The translations under genes and the position numbers were made by a program. Of a stretch of 64,000 bases of DNA, positions 33,862 to 43,859 are shown piece after piece. Under the pieces are notes generated by a model. The model worked only from the letters and a program-made list of their open reading frames with translations. It ran no database searches and was not told the origin of the DNA. Every line of letters starts with the position of its first letter. The stretch's first letter is position 1. Source of the stretch: Gemmatimonadota bacterium (GTDB taxonomy: Bacteria; Gemmatimonadota; Gemmatimonadetes; Gemmatimonadales; JACORV01); contig JBGOSS010000015.1 of NCBI GenBank assembly GCA_041476105.1, positions 2,829 through 66,828 of the forward strand, in the 5' to 3' direction.

Positions 33862-34299
33862 GTGGACCAATACCTGCGCGCGGCGATCGAGGAAGCGGAG
33901 CAGGGGCTTGCCGAGGGCGGCATCCCGGTCGGCTCGGTTCTGGTCCACGGAGGCCGGATCATCGGGCGCGGGCACAATCGGCGCGTCCAGCGGAGCAGCG
34001 CCGTGCTGCACGCCGAGATGGACGCGATCGAAAATGCCGGGCGGCAGAGCGCCGCGGTCTATCGGGCGGCCGTGCTCTACTCCACGCTTTCGCCGTGCGC
34101 CATGTGCAGCGGTGCCGCCCTGCTCTATGGCATCGGGCGCGTCGTCATCGGCGAGAACCGCACTTTCCAGGGCGAGGAGGCGCTGCTCCGCTCCCGGGGC
34201 GTGCTCGTCGACGTCGTGGACGACGCGCGGTGTCGGAGTCTCATGGCGCGTTTCATCGAAACCAATCCGGCGCTCTGGGCCGAAGATATCGGCGAATGA
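33862..34299 (+). CDS. Nucleoside/cytosine deaminase (Fcy1-like CMP/dCMP deaminase zinc-binding fold)
   Basis: HAEMDAIENAG and TLSPCAMCSGA zinc motifs. C-terminal FIETNPALWAEDIGE, as in yeast-type cytosine deaminases. Confidence 0.8.
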   Translation: MDQYLRAAIEEAEQGLAEGGIPVGSVLVHGGRIIGRGHNRRVQRSSAVLHAEMDAIENAGRQSAAVYRAAVLYSTLSPCAMCSGAALLYGIGRVVIGENRTFQGEEALLRSRGVLVDVVDDARCRSLMARFIETNPALWAEDIGE

Positions 34300-34309
34300 G
34301 CGATGCGGG

Positions 34310-35620
34310 TCAGGCGGGACGAGCTGAAGGACCGCCTCCCCCGGGGCTCGAGGCCGCTGCCATTCCCGCGTTGCGACCTGTCGCCCAGGCCCAGAGGAAG
34401 TTGTAGCCGCCGATCGGACCGAAGGCGTCGAGCGCCTCGCCGCAGATGAAGAGGCCGGGGTGCCGCCGGCTTTCCATTGTCCGCGGGTCGATCTCGGCGA
34501 GGCTCACACCCCCGCCCGTCACTTCGGCCTTCTTGTATCCCTCGTGTCCCGTCCACGGCAGCTCGCCGCGGACCAGCGTCTGGATGAGCCGGAGCCGCTC
34601 CTCGCGCCGCAGCTGCGCGAGCGGGCGCGACGGATCGGCGCCGGCGACGCCGCACAGCGCCGCGGCCAGGCGCTCGGGCATCTCCGCGCGCAGGACCGCG
34701 ATCGTGCTCCGGGTGCCGCCGGCGCCCAGCTTCGCTTCCCACGCCGCGTCGTCCAGCGCCGACCACCGAACGAGGAGGCGCGCCGGGGCGGTGCGTTCCT
34801 CCTGCGAGCGGACGACGACATGCGAGACGTCGAGGACCGACGGGCCGCTGTAGCCGTGGTGCGTGAACAGGAAGCCGCCCGTCGCCACGGCCTCGCGCTC
34901 GGCCGACCGGGCGGTGATGGTGACCGTGAGCGAGACGCCCGCGAGGGACGCGAAGGGCGCCGGGTTGGCGCGCACCGGTGTGAGCGCGGCGTAGGTCGGC
35001 CGCAGGTCGTGCCCCAGCGCCTCGAGGATGCGGAGGCCGCGGCCGTCGCTGCCGGTCGCGGGCACCGAGAGGCCGCCGGTCGCGACGATCACCGCGTCGG
35101 CATCGAGCGGCGGGCCCGACTCCAGCGTCACGCGCCAGCGCCCCTGGTGTGGAGTGATGTCGGTGACCAGGGTGCCCATGCGCAGCCGCGCGCCGCGCCG
35201 GACTGCCAGGGCGAGGAGTCCGTCGCGCACGTCGCGGGCGCGCTGCGAGGCCGGGAAGAGTTTGGCCGATTCGGCCTCCTCAACGAGTGGCAGGCCGAGC
35301 TCGCCTTCGAAGAATGCGATCTGCTCCCGCAGCGGCCAGGACCGGATGATCTTGCGCAGCGTGTGGGGCGAGGAATCGGTGACGAAGCGGGCCTCGTCGA
35401 CGCGGGAGGGGAGGATGTTGCAGCGCCCGCCGCCGCTGATCAGGATCTTGCGGCCGCCATCGGCCGTGCGCTCGATCAGGAGGGTTTCGGCGCCGCCGGC
35501 CGCCGAGAAGATCGCCGCCATCGTGCCGGCCGCCCCCGCGCCCACCACCGCCACACGCCGCAGAGGACCTCCGAACCCGATGAACCGGACCGCGTCCCGG
35601 CCTTCATGCCCGCGCATCAT
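34310..35620 (-). CDS. HI0933/BaiN-family NAD(P)/FAD-dependent flavoprotein
   Basis: VAVVGAGAAGTMAA dinucleotide motif, ISGGGRCN, and C-terminal FICGEALDAFGPIGGYNF. Confidence 0.85.
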   Translation of the reverse strand: MMRGHEGRDAVRFIGFGGPLRRVAVVGAGAAGTMAAIFSAAGGAETLLIERTADGGRKILISGGGRCNILPSRVDEARFVTDSSPHTLRKIIRSWPLREQIAFFEGELGLPLVEEAESAKLFPASQRARDVRDGLLALAVRRGARLRMGTLVTDITPHQGRWRVTLESGPPLDADAVIVATGGLSVPATGSDGRGLRILEALGHDLRPTYAALTPVRANPAPFASLAGVSLTVTITARSAEREAVATGGFLFTHHGYSGPSVLDVSHVVVRSQEERTAPARLLVRWSALDDAAWEAKLGAGGTRSTIAVLRAEMPERLAAALCGVAGADPSRPLAQLRREERLRLIQTLVRGELPWTGHEGYKKAEVTGGGVSLAEIDPRTMESRRHPGLFICGEALDAFGPIGGYNFLWAWATGRNAGMAAASSPGGGGPSARPA

Positions 35621-35727
35621 TGTACGGCCGGCGCGGCCGACGGCGCCACGTCGCACCGCTGGACCCGCGACCGGCCCGCTGACGATGCGGCGTTGCCGAC
35701 CGGTGAACCGGGTCGCAACTTGAGTGG

Positions 35728-36396
35728 ATGCAGGCGACCGCGACCCCACGGATCAAGATCTGCTGCATCGCCAGCGAAGCAGAAGCCGACCTCGCCATCG
35801 GCGCCGGCGCCGACGCGCTCGGCTTCGTCTCCGCCATGCCGAGCGGGCCGGGCCCGATCGAGGAATCGCTGATCGCGCGGATCGTCGCGCGGGTGCCTCC
35901 CCCCATCGGCACCTTTCTCCTCACCGCCAGTCTCACCGCCGCCGAGATCGTCGTCCAGCAGCGGCGCTGCCGCACCAATACCCTCCAGCTGGTCGACGCG
36001 GTCGAGCCGGGGACGCATGCGGCGCTGCGCGAGGCGCTGCCCGGCATCCGGATCGTCCAGGTGATCCACGTGCGCGGCCCCGAGTCCCTGACTGAGGCGA
36101 TCGCCGTCGCCCCGGTGGTGGACGCGATCCTGCTCGATTCCGGCAATCCGGCGCTGCGGATCAAGGAGCTGGGCGGGACGGGCCGGGTGCACGACTGGAA
36201 GGTCAGCCGCCAGATCCGCGAAGCCGTGCCGGTGCCGGTGTTCCTGGCGGGTGGGCTCCGGCCGGCCAACGTGCGGGAGGCGATCGAGGCGGTGCGTCCC
36301 TTCGGCGTCGATCTGTGCTCCGGCGTGCGCACCGGCGGCCGGCTCGACCGCGCCAGGCTGCACGACTTCATGCGTGCGGTGCGCGAGGGGGGCTGA
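35728..36396 (+). CDS. trpF: Phosphoribosylanthranilate isomerase
   Basis: IKICCIAS...GADALGFV...LQLVD...GGTGRVHDW...VFLAGGLRPANV...PFGVDLCSGVR. No other trp genes are adjacent. Confidence 0.85.
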   Translation: MQATATPRIKICCIASEAEADLAIGAGADALGFVSAMPSGPGPIEESLIARIVARVPPPIGTFLLTASLTAAEIVVQQRRCRTNTLQLVDAVEPGTHAALREALPGIRIVQVIHVRGPESLTEAIAVAPVVDAILLDSGNPALRIKELGGTGRVHDWKVSRQIREAVPVPVFLAGGLRPANVREAIEAVRPFGVDLCSGVRTGGRLDRARLHDFMRAVREGG

Positions 36397-36408
36397 GTAT
36401 TCCCGCGA

Positions 36409-38046
36409 TCAGAGTCGGCGCAGGAGGACCGTTCCCGCCGGCGCGCCGGCGACGCTTCCCCGCAGTACGATCCGCTGGCCGAGTCCGTGTATCGTCAGGA
36501 TCGCGAGGTCGCTCCGTGCGCCGTCTCTTCGGAGCGCCTGCGGTTGGCGCATCCCGCCGATGGTCACCTCGAGCCGATCGATGCGCGCCGTTCCCTCCGA
36601 CGGCACGAAGCGCACGCGGTACTGCGCGGCGGCCGGGAGCTGGTCGGTGAGATCGAGGTCGAACGATCCTCCGCTCCAGTGCCCGGCCTCGTCGTCGGCC
36701 CAGAGGGAAGCGTTGTCTCTCCAGGTCGGAGGCGGCGCGGCGCCGGTGTCGAAGGCCGCCAGCCGGCGGATCCGCGGGATGCCGGCGGCCCGCGTGCAGG
36801 TGAGGCGCAGCGCGCCCAGGATGGCGGGAGCGAGGGGGTGCACCCGCTTGTGGCCGATCGCCGACCCGGTGTCGAGCAACTGCCAGCCACCGTCGGTCAT
36901 CCCCTCCAGGTGGTATTCGCGCACCCGCTCCCCGAAGGCAAGGTCCTCCTCGAGGATCGCGTGGTCGATCCGGCGGGGCGCGTCGAAGCGCACGGTGTGC
37001 ACCGGCCCGGCGCCTCCGGTTTCGGCAACGCTCGACGCGAAGCGCCGCCGGATCTCGGCCCCCAGCTCGCCGGCGCGCGCGGCGTCGGCGGCGGGAATCC
37101 GTCCGGTGCGGTCGGGCGGGATGTTGAGCAGGAGCTGGCAGCCGCGCCCGACCGACCGATACCAGATCTCGAGCAGGGCGTCCAGCGAGGCGAGGTTGCG
37201 CTCGTCGGTCGTGCTCCAGAACCAGTTCGGGCGACGGATCGAAACGTCAACCTCGATGGGCATCCAGGCGTCGCCGTCGGGGTCCGAGTGCATCGCGGTC
37301 GCCACGCCGCTCGCGGCATCCACCCGCGCGAGGGTGTTCCAGGCGGGATAGGGCGCGAAGCCGTCTTCGTTGCCGACCCAGCGGATCGTCGCCTGCGGTC
37401 CCTGGAACACCATCGCCCCCGGCGCGTGGCGGCGGACGAGGTCGCCGGTGGGCACGACGCTGCTGCCGTCGAGCCACAACTCGCCGACCGGCCCATACCG
37501 CGTCAGCAGCTCGGTGAGCTGCTGCCGGTACACGGCGTCGTAGCGCGCCTGGAGAGTAGGCGTCGCGCAGCGGCCACTCGCGCCCGCGCCGAAGGTGTCG
37601 TCTCGCGGCGAGAGGTAGACGCCGAACTTCAGTCCCTGGCGCGCGCAGGAGGCCGCGAGATCGGCGCAGACGTCGCCCCGCCCGCCCTTCCACGGCGTGC
37701 CACCGATCGCATAGGGCGTGGTGGCCGTCTGCCAGAGGCAGAAGCCACCCACGTGCTTGGCGACCAGGACGATGTAGCCGGCTCCGAGGTCCCGAGCGAC
37801 GCCGGCCCATTGGTCGGTGTCGATGTCGGGCGTGATGGCGGAGAGCGGCGTGGAGCGGTCGTCGTACTCGCGGTCCTGCCAGGTGTTCGGCGCGAAATGC
37901 ACGAACATCCCGATCTCCAGGTCCTGCCAGGTCCGCTGGGCGTGCGTCGGCCACGGGGGAGCGGCGGGCGGCGGTGCGGGCGAGCGGCCGAGGGTTGCCG
38001 CGGCGAGCGCAGCGCCAGAGCCGAGAAAAGCGCGGCGGCTGGGCAC
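36409..38046 (-). CDS. GH29 alpha-L-fucosidase with Tat signal and C-terminal beta-sandwich domain
   Basis: Tat motif SRRAFLGSGAA. GMFVHF...DQWAGVARDLGAGYIVLVAKHVGGFCLW...ELWLDG. Confidence 0.85.
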   Translation of the reverse strand: MPSRRAFLGSGAALAAATLGRSPAPPPAAPPWPTHAQRTWQDLEIGMFVHFAPNTWQDREYDDRSTPLSAITPDIDTDQWAGVARDLGAGYIVLVAKHVGGFCLWQTATTPYAIGGTPWKGGRGDVCADLAASCARQGLKFGVYLSPRDDTFGAGASGRCATPTLQARYDAVYRQQLTELLTRYGPVGELWLDGSSVVPTGDLVRRHAPGAMVFQGPQATIRWVGNEDGFAPYPAWNTLARVDAASGVATAMHSDPDGDAWMPIEVDVSIRRPNWFWSTTDERNLASLDALLEIWYRSVGRGCQLLLNIPPDRTGRIPAADAARAGELGAEIRRRFASSVAETGGAGPVHTVRFDAPRRIDHAILEEDLAFGERVREYHLEGMTDGGWQLLDTGSAIGHKRVHPLAPAILGALRLTCTRAAGIPRIRRLAAFDTGAAPPPTWRDNASLWADDEAGHWSGGSFDLDLTDQLPAAAQYRVRFVPSEGTARIDRLEVTIGGMRQPQALRRDGARSDLAILTIHGLGQRIVLRGSVAGAPAGTVLLRRL

Positions 38047-38165
38047 GTCAGCGGGGCGGGAGCGGGCGCAGAGTCTTGTGCATCATCGCGGGGTGGCCAG
38101 ATTGTACGGCGGCAATCCCCGCCCATCAAGCGCGCCGCGCCGGCAACGACTCTCCGCGAGGGCTC

Positions 38166-39944
38166 ATGCACCTGCAACCGCTCGACCTGCTCGTCATCGC
38201 GGCCTCGGTGGTGCTCTCCTTCCTGCCGGCGCTTTTCTTCTGGCGCCGGGCGGGCTCGAGCACGGCGGAGTTCTTCACCTCGGGTCGCGCCGCGCCGTGG
38301 TGGCTGATCGGCGTCTCGATGGTGGCGACGACCTTCAGCACCGACACGCCGAACCTGGTGACCAACCTGGTCCGCGAGAACGGCGTCGCCGAGAACTGGG
38401 TCTGGTGGGCGTTCCTGCTGACCGGGATGATGACGGTCTTCTTCTACGCCCGCCTGTGGCGCCGCTCCGGGGTCCTCACCGATCTCGAGTTCTACGAGCT
38501 GCGCTACTCGGGGAAGGCCGCGACGGTGGTGCGCGGCTTCCGTGCCGTGTACCTCGGCCTCTTCTTCAACTGCGTCATCATGGCCACGGTGAACCTGGCC
38601 GCGGCGAAGATCGCGAACGTGGTGCTGGGCTGGCCGCCGTACCGTACCCTCATCGTCTGTTCGGTCATCACCATCTTCTTCGCGTCGGTGTCGGGGTTGT
38701 GGGGCGTGCTGGTCACCGACTCGGTCCAGTTTCTCATCACGATGACGGGGACCTTCGCCGTCGCATACTTCGCGCTGAAGCAGCCGGAAGTCGGCGGCCT
38801 CTCCGGCCTGCTCAGCAAGGTCGATCCCGCGAAGCTCAAGCTCCTGCCCGACTTCGGCAACTGGCCGGTCGCGCTGTCGGTGATCGTCATCCCGCTCACG
38901 GTGCAGTGGTGGTCGGTGTGGTATCCCGGCGCGGAGCCGGGAGGCGGGAGCTACATCGCCCAGCGGATGCTCGCGGCGCGCAGCGAGAGGGACGCCGTCA
39001 CCGGCACGCTGCTCTTCAACGTGATGCACTACGCGCTGCGCCCCTGGCCGTGGATCATCGTCGCGCTGGCATCGACGCTCGTCTATCCACAGCTGGCCGA
39101 CATCGCGCGCGCCTACCCGCACGTCGAGCCGCGGCTGATCGGCCACGACATCGCCTATCCGGCGATGCTGCGCTTCCTGCCGACGCCGTTCCTCGGATTC
39201 GTGATCGCGGGCATGCTGGCGGCGTACCGGTCGACGATCGAGACGCACCTGAACTGGGGCACCTCCTACCTGGTCCACGACCTCTACCGCCGGTTCATCA
39301 CTACCGGCGCCAGCGAGAAGCATTACGTGCTGGTCGGCCGCCTGACGACCGCGGCGCTCATGGTGGTCGCCGCGCTGACGACGTACGCGCTCGGCACCGC
39401 GAAGGAGGCGTTCGACCTCATCCTCTCGGTCGGCGCCGGCACCGGCCTGCTCTACCTGCTGCGCTGGTTCTGGTGGCGCATCAGTGCCTGGAGCGAGATC
39501 GCGGCGATGGTGAGCTCGTTCCTCGTCGCGGTGGGCTTCTTCGTGGCCGCGAAGCTGGGTCATCCCGTTCCCGGGCCCGTGTCGCTGATCGCCACCGTCG
39601 CGACGACGACGCTCGTCTGGGTCGCCGTCACTCTGCTCGCGCCACCGGCCGACCGCGCGACCCTGGTGAACTTCGTGAAGCTGGTGAGGCCCGCCGGCCC
39701 TGGCTGGACGGCGATCCGGCGCGAGGCGGGCGTCGAGGGATCGCCCGACAGCCTGCCGATGGCCCTGCTGGGATGGGTGCTGGGCTGCACCTTCGTGTAC
39801 GCTGCGTTGTTCGGGACGGGAAGTCTGCTCTACGGGAAGACGGCGCAGGCGACCGTCTGGATCATCTTGTTTCTGGTCAGCGGAATCGGGCTGTTGCGGG
39901 TGGTTCCCGGCATGTGGGGGAAGGGCGCCGCGTCGGGGACCTAG
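38166..39944 (+). CDS. Sodium:solute symporter (SSS) family transporter
   Basis: 592 aa, about 13 TM helices. Motifs FFTSGRAAPWWLIGVSMVATTFSTDTP and GGGSYIAQRMLAA. Confidence 0.85.
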   Translation: MHLQPLDLLVIAASVVLSFLPALFFWRRAGSSTAEFFTSGRAAPWWLIGVSMVATTFSTDTPNLVTNLVRENGVAENWVWWAFLLTGMMTVFFYARLWRRSGVLTDLEFYELRYSGKAATVVRGFRAVYLGLFFNCVIMATVNLAAAKIANVVLGWPPYRTLIVCSVITIFFASVSGLWGVLVTDSVQFLITMTGTFAVAYFALKQPEVGGLSGLLSKVDPAKLKLLPDFGNWPVALSVIVIPLTVQWWSVWYPGAEPGGGSYIAQRMLAARSERDAVTGTLLFNVMHYALRPWPWIIVALASTLVYPQLADIARAYPHVEPRLIGHDIAYPAMLRFLPTPFLGFVIAGMLAAYRSTIETHLNWGTSYLVHDLYRRFITTGASEKHYVLVGRLTTAALMVVAALTTYALGTAKEAFDLILSVGAGTGLLYLLRWFWWRISAWSEIAAMVSSFLVAVGFFVAAKLGHPVPGPVSLIATVATTTLVWVAVTLLAPPADRATLVNFVKLVRPAGPGWTAIRREAGVEGSPDSLPMALLGWVLGCTFVYAALFGTGSLLYGKTAQATVWIILFLVSGIGLLRVVPGMWGKGAASGT

Positions 39945-39974
39945 CGCTCGGCGGCCACGCGCGGGCCGTCGATT

Positions 39975-41297
39975 TCAGCGGACCGGCGCCGGTGCGAGGG
40001 TGAGCGCCACGATAACGTCGACGTCGCCCGCTCCGCGCGGGGGGACCGAGAGGGTGACGCCCTCGGCGCTCTCCCGGAACGCGACGGCCTGTCCGGCCAG
40101 GGTGCGCGCGACGCGCACCCGGCGGGGGAGCGGCGGCAGGATAAGCTGGGGGTCGCTCCAGTTGAGGATGTGCACGTAGATCGTGTCCGCCTTCTGGGTG
40201 GTGACGCCCCAGGGCCGGGGCGACAGCGGTCCACCGCGCGTGCCGTAGATCGCCGCACCGGCGGCGCCGAGCCACCGGCCGATCGAATCGAGGCGCACCA
40301 CGAAGTCCTCGGGGATCGTGCCGTCGGGCATGGGGCCCACGTTCAGCAGGAAGTTCGCGTCCCGGCCGGCGGCATTGACGAGCTCGCGCACCAGGTCGCC
40401 CGCGCCCTTGTCGTGATGGTCGGTCAGCCGAAACCCCCACGAATCGTTCATCGTCTCCGAGGTCTCGAGGGGCAGGGCCCCGACGACCGTGGTGTTGAAG
40501 CCGGCGGTGTTAGCTCCGGGGAGGTCCTTCTCGAAGGTCTGCACGTCCTCGCCGGGCAGCGGCGCGCCGTGATGGTTGGGGATGATGAGCGCGGCGGGCT
40601 GGAGCCGGTGGATCATCCCGTAGGTGCGCGCCAGCCGCCAGTCGGCGTCGGGGCGGTCCCACATCCCGTCGAACCAGACGCCGCCCAGCGGCCCGTAGTT
40701 GGTGAACAGCTCGCGCAGCTGGGCGTCCATGTAGTCGAGGTAGCGACCGAAGTCCCCGGAGTCGGGGCGGCCGGCCCCGTTGCCGGTGCGACCGCGCGGG
40801 AAGTAGTCGGGATGATGCCAGTCGAGCTGTGAATAGTAGACGAACAGGGTGATCCCCTCCCGCCGGCAAGCGTCGGCCACCTGGCGGACCACGTCGCGGT
40901 GGTAGGGCGTGCGGTCCACCACGTCCCAGTCGCTGACCCGTGAGTCGAAGAGCGCGAAGCCGTCGTGGTGCTTGGTGATGAGCGTGATGTAGCGCATGCC
41001 CGCGCGCTTCGCCGTCGCCACCCACTGGTCGGCGTCGAAGCGCGCCGGGTTGAAGTACCCCGCGATGCGCTCGTAGTCGGCGGCCCGGATGTGGCGGTTC
41101 TCCATGACCCATTCGCCGTCCATGAGCAGGCTCGAGATCCCCCAGTGGATGAACATCCCGAACTTCGCGTCCTGGAACCGGGCCCGGGCGGCCAGGTTCT
41201 CGGGCGGCGGATCGTAGCGCTCCTGGGCACCGGCGGGCCGCACCGCACCGGCCAGCACAGCGGCGAGAACCAGGACGCCGCGGGAGGCGGGGGTCAC
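39975..41297 (-). CDS. GH29 alpha-L-fucosidase (secreted)
   Basis: Signal peptide. FGMFIHWG...DQWVATAKRAGMRYITLITKHHDGFALFDS...GVWFDG. GTG start overlaps the kinase stop (GTGA). Confidence 0.9.
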   Translation of the reverse strand: MTPASRGVLVLAAVLAGAVRPAGAQERYDPPPENLAARARFQDAKFGMFIHWGISSLLMDGEWVMENRHIRAADYERIAGYFNPARFDADQWVATAKRAGMRYITLITKHHDGFALFDSRVSDWDVVDRTPYHRDVVRQVADACRREGITLFVYYSQLDWHHPDYFPRGRTGNGAGRPDSGDFGRYLDYMDAQLRELFTNYGPLGGVWFDGMWDRPDADWRLARTYGMIHRLQPAALIIPNHHGAPLPGEDVQTFEKDLPGANTAGFNTTVVGALPLETSETMNDSWGFRLTDHHDKGAGDLVRELVNAAGRDANFLLNVGPMPDGTIPEDFVVRLDSIGRWLGAAGAAIYGTRGGPLSPRPWGVTTQKADTIYVHILNWSDPQLILPPLPRRVRVARTLAGQAVAFRESAEGVTLSVPPRGAGDVDVIVALTLAPAPVR

Positions 41298-42394
41298 CGG
41301 AGCGCCGCCACGATCGCCTGCAGTTCCTGCTCGCGCGCCAGCAGGGTAGTGAAGTGGCAGAGTTGGGCCCGGGCCCGGCGCAGGTTCTGGTCGCCCCGCG
41401 TGTCGTGGTAGTAGCGGTCCCCGTCGAGGTAGTCGGTCAGGAACCGCACGGCCTGCTCCAGGGTGATCAGCTGTCCGGCGAAGACCAGCAGCTCCCGTTC
41501 CTTGGGGGTGAGGATCGGCCCCGCGGACTCCAGGAATCCCCGGGCCACGGCCTCGAAGAGGTCGAGCCGGACGCCGACGCGCGCCAGGTCCGGCTCGTCC
41601 TCCTCGGTCGGCGAGGTCATCGAGCGCACCATGTCGCCGAAGTCGTTGAGCAGCGAGCCGGGCATCACGGTGTCGAGATCCACGACGCAGCGCGCCTCGC
41701 CGGTCACGTCGTCGAGCAGCACATTGGCGATTTTCGCGTCGTTGTGCGCGATGCGCTGCGGTACGTCGCCGGTGGCGAGAAGCGGGGGCAGCACCCGGGC
41801 CATGGCGCGGTGGCCGAGCAGCTCGCCGAGCTCGTCGCGCGCATCGTGCACCCGGCCAAGGCTGTCGGCCTGCACGGCGTCGTCGAGCTGATGGAAGCGC
41901 GCGGCGGTGTCGTGAAAGCCTTCGATCGTGACGTGGAGCGCCGGCCCGTCGTAGTCGGCCAGCAGGCGCACGAACTCGCCGAAGGCCCTGGACGCCTGGT
42001 ACGCCTCACCGGGTTGCCCGACGTGGCTGGTGACGTGGGTCCCGGCGTGGTAGGCGTACATGCGCCAGCAGCTGCGCGCGGCGTCTTCCATCCAGGCGCC
42101 GCCGCTGGTGGTCGGCACCAGGGTCAGCGTCAGGCGGCTGCTGCGGTTCGCGCGCCGGTGCGCCTCGAGATGGCGCGTCACGAAGGCGATGTTCTCCATC
42201 ACGCGGACCGGGTCGGGAAAAACGCGGGAGTTGATGTGCTGGAGGAGGTAGGGCACCTCCCCGCCGTCGGGTCGCCGCGCGATGACCCGGTAGGAGTCGT
42301 TAATGTGGCCGCCGGGCAGCGTCTCGACCCAGATGATCGGGCCCGCCAGGGCGAAGCGCCCCGCGATGGCATCGAGGTGCGCGGGCGCCGTCAC
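41294..42394 (-). CDS. APH-fold anomeric sugar kinase (N-acetylhexosamine 1-kinase / AmgK-like)
   Basis: GGHINDSYRV, catalytic-loop-like HNDAKIANVLLD and VDLDTVMPG. GTG start overlaps the upstream stop (GTGA). Confidence 0.7.
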   Translation of the reverse strand: MTAPAHLDAIAGRFALAGPIIWVETLPGGHINDSYRVIARRPDGGEVPYLLQHINSRVFPDPVRVMENIAFVTRHLEAHRRANRSSRLTLTLVPTTSGGAWMEDAARSCWRMYAYHAGTHVTSHVGQPGEAYQASRAFGEFVRLLADYDGPALHVTIEGFHDTAARFHQLDDAVQADSLGRVHDARDELGELLGHRAMARVLPPLLATGDVPQRIAHNDAKIANVLLDDVTGEARCVVDLDTVMPGSLLNDFGDMVRSMTSPTEEDEPDLARVGVRLDLFEAVARGFLESAGPILTPKERELLVFAGQLITLEQAVRFLTDYLDGDRYYHDTRGDQNLRRARAQLCHFTTLLAREQELQAIVAALR

Positions 42395-43290
42395 CAGAGC
42401 CGCTCGGGGTAGCGTCCGGCGGCGACCAGCGAGGCGAGCGCCGACGCGACGCGCGCGCGATCGTCGGGATGCGTCATGCCGAACCATTGCCCCCCGGCGT
42501 CGAGGACGCGCACCCGGGCCTGCTTCCGGGCGATGGCTTCCTGTACCACCGACGGCAGCAGGAGCTCGTCGCGCGCCAGGTCGGCGCGGCCGATGAAGGC
42601 CTCGAAGGCGCGCCGCAGCACCAGGGTGACGTCGGCCGTGAACGCCCACATGTTCATGGAGACCAGCGCTTCCCCCGGCACGGTCACCGCGCCCTGCGAT
42701 CCGCGGCCGACGAATCCACCACTCGGCGCGGGCACGATCCCCGTCACTTCCTCGAGCGACGCGAGCCAGCCGTCCTCGACGCGGCACACTGCCCGGTTCA
42801 CGCCGGCCCCGGTGGGTACCGTGTCCTCCAGCCGGTAGGCCGCGACCGCCCAGCAGGGCGGCGAGGTGGCCGTCTCGGCGCGGAGGAAGCGGCCGACGGC
42901 CTGGTATGCCTGGGCGCCATAGAAATCGTCGGCGTTCACGACCGCGAAGGGGCCGGGGATGTCGCGCGCGGCGGCGAGGACGGCGTGCGCTGTGCCCCAG
43001 GGCTTGGAGCGCACCGCCTGCAGGTGCGTGCCTTCCGGCAGGTCGTCAGGACGCTGGTGAACGATGCGCGCACTCCAGCGCGACGCGATGGGCAGCGTGG
43101 CGTCCATCCCGGGCCGGGTAACGAGCAGGATATCGCCGAATCCCGCGCGGCGTGCGTCGAAGATCGCATAGTCCATGAGCGTGGCGCCGCGGGGACCGAC
43201 GGCCTCGAACTGTTTGGGTCCGCCGAAGCGGCTGCCCATCCCCGCGGCGAGGACCACGAGCGCCGGGCCGGGCGGTGTGTTCCGGATCAT
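42391..43290 (-). CDS. Sugar-1-phosphate nucleotidyltransferase
   Basis: VVLAAGMGSRFGGPKQ signature and KPWGTAHAV. First gene of a translationally coupled three-gene unit. Confidence 0.75.
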   Translation of the reverse strand: MIRNTPPGPALVVLAAGMGSRFGGPKQFEAVGPRGATLMDYAIFDARRAGFGDILLVTRPGMDATLPIASRWSARIVHQRPDDLPEGTHLQAVRSKPWGTAHAVLAAARDIPGPFAVVNADDFYGAQAYQAVGRFLRAETATSPPCWAVAAYRLEDTVPTGAGVNRAVCRVEDGWLASLEEVTGIVPAPSGGFVGRGSQGAVTVPGEALVSMNMWAFTADVTLVLRRAFEAFIGRADLARDELLLPSVVQEAIARKQARVRVLDAGGQWFGMTHPDDRARVASALASLVAAGRYPERLW

Positions 43291-43346
43291 CGGTGGCCCG
43301 AATATACCGCCTCGCCAGCGCGCGGGGCGAGCAACTAACTTGAGGC

Positions 43347-43859
43347 GTGCTGCTGCTCAAGTGGCTCCAGTCGATGGTGAGGGCCCTGAACTCCGGGGGC
43401 ACGCCGGGGCAGGTTGCCGCGGGGATCGCGCTCGGCGCCAGCCTCGGCCTGACACCGCTGTTGAGCCTGCACAACCTCGTCGTGCTGCTGATGGCGATGG
43501 TCCTCGACGTGTCGCTGGCCGGGTTTTCGCTGGGGTGGACGCTGTTCGTGCCGGTCGGGTTCCTCCTCGATCCGCTCTTCGACGCCGTCGGTGGGAAGCT
43601 GCTCGCGGCGCCGTCCCTCGCGCCGCTCTGGACCCGGCTCGCCAATACGCCGATCGTCGCGCTCTCGGGCTTCAACAACACGGTGGTGCTGGGCAGCGTC
43701 GTCTGCTGGGTCGCCGCATGGTTGCCGCTGTTCTTCCTTATGCGGTGGCTGGTCGCCCGCTATCGCGCCACGCTGTACGAGCGGCTCCGGAAGACGCGGG
43801 TCTTCCAGGTCGTGCAGGCGTCGTCGCTGTACCAGTATTACCGGTACTTCCGGCCGTGA
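43347..43859 (+). CDS. TIGR03546-like (DUF2062-like) membrane protein
   Basis: GGTPGQVAAGIALGASLGLTP...NNTVVLGS pattern. Partner gene follows with a GTGA overlap. Confidence 0.65.
   Translation: MLLLKWLQSMVRALNSGGTPGQVAAGIALGASLGLTPLLSLHNLVVLLMAMVLDVSLAGFSLGWTLFVPVGFLLDPLFDAVGGKLLAAPSLAPLWTRLANTPIVALSGFNNTVVLGSVVCWVAAWLPLFFLMRWLVARYRATLYERLRKTRVFQVVQASSLYQYYRYFRP

Noticed and set aside
37629-40003. 644-aa (minus) and 728-aa (plus) ORFs overlapping the SSS transporter
   Set aside because: Out-of-frame or antisense shadows of the symporter gene. The symporter frame has about 13 clean TM helices.
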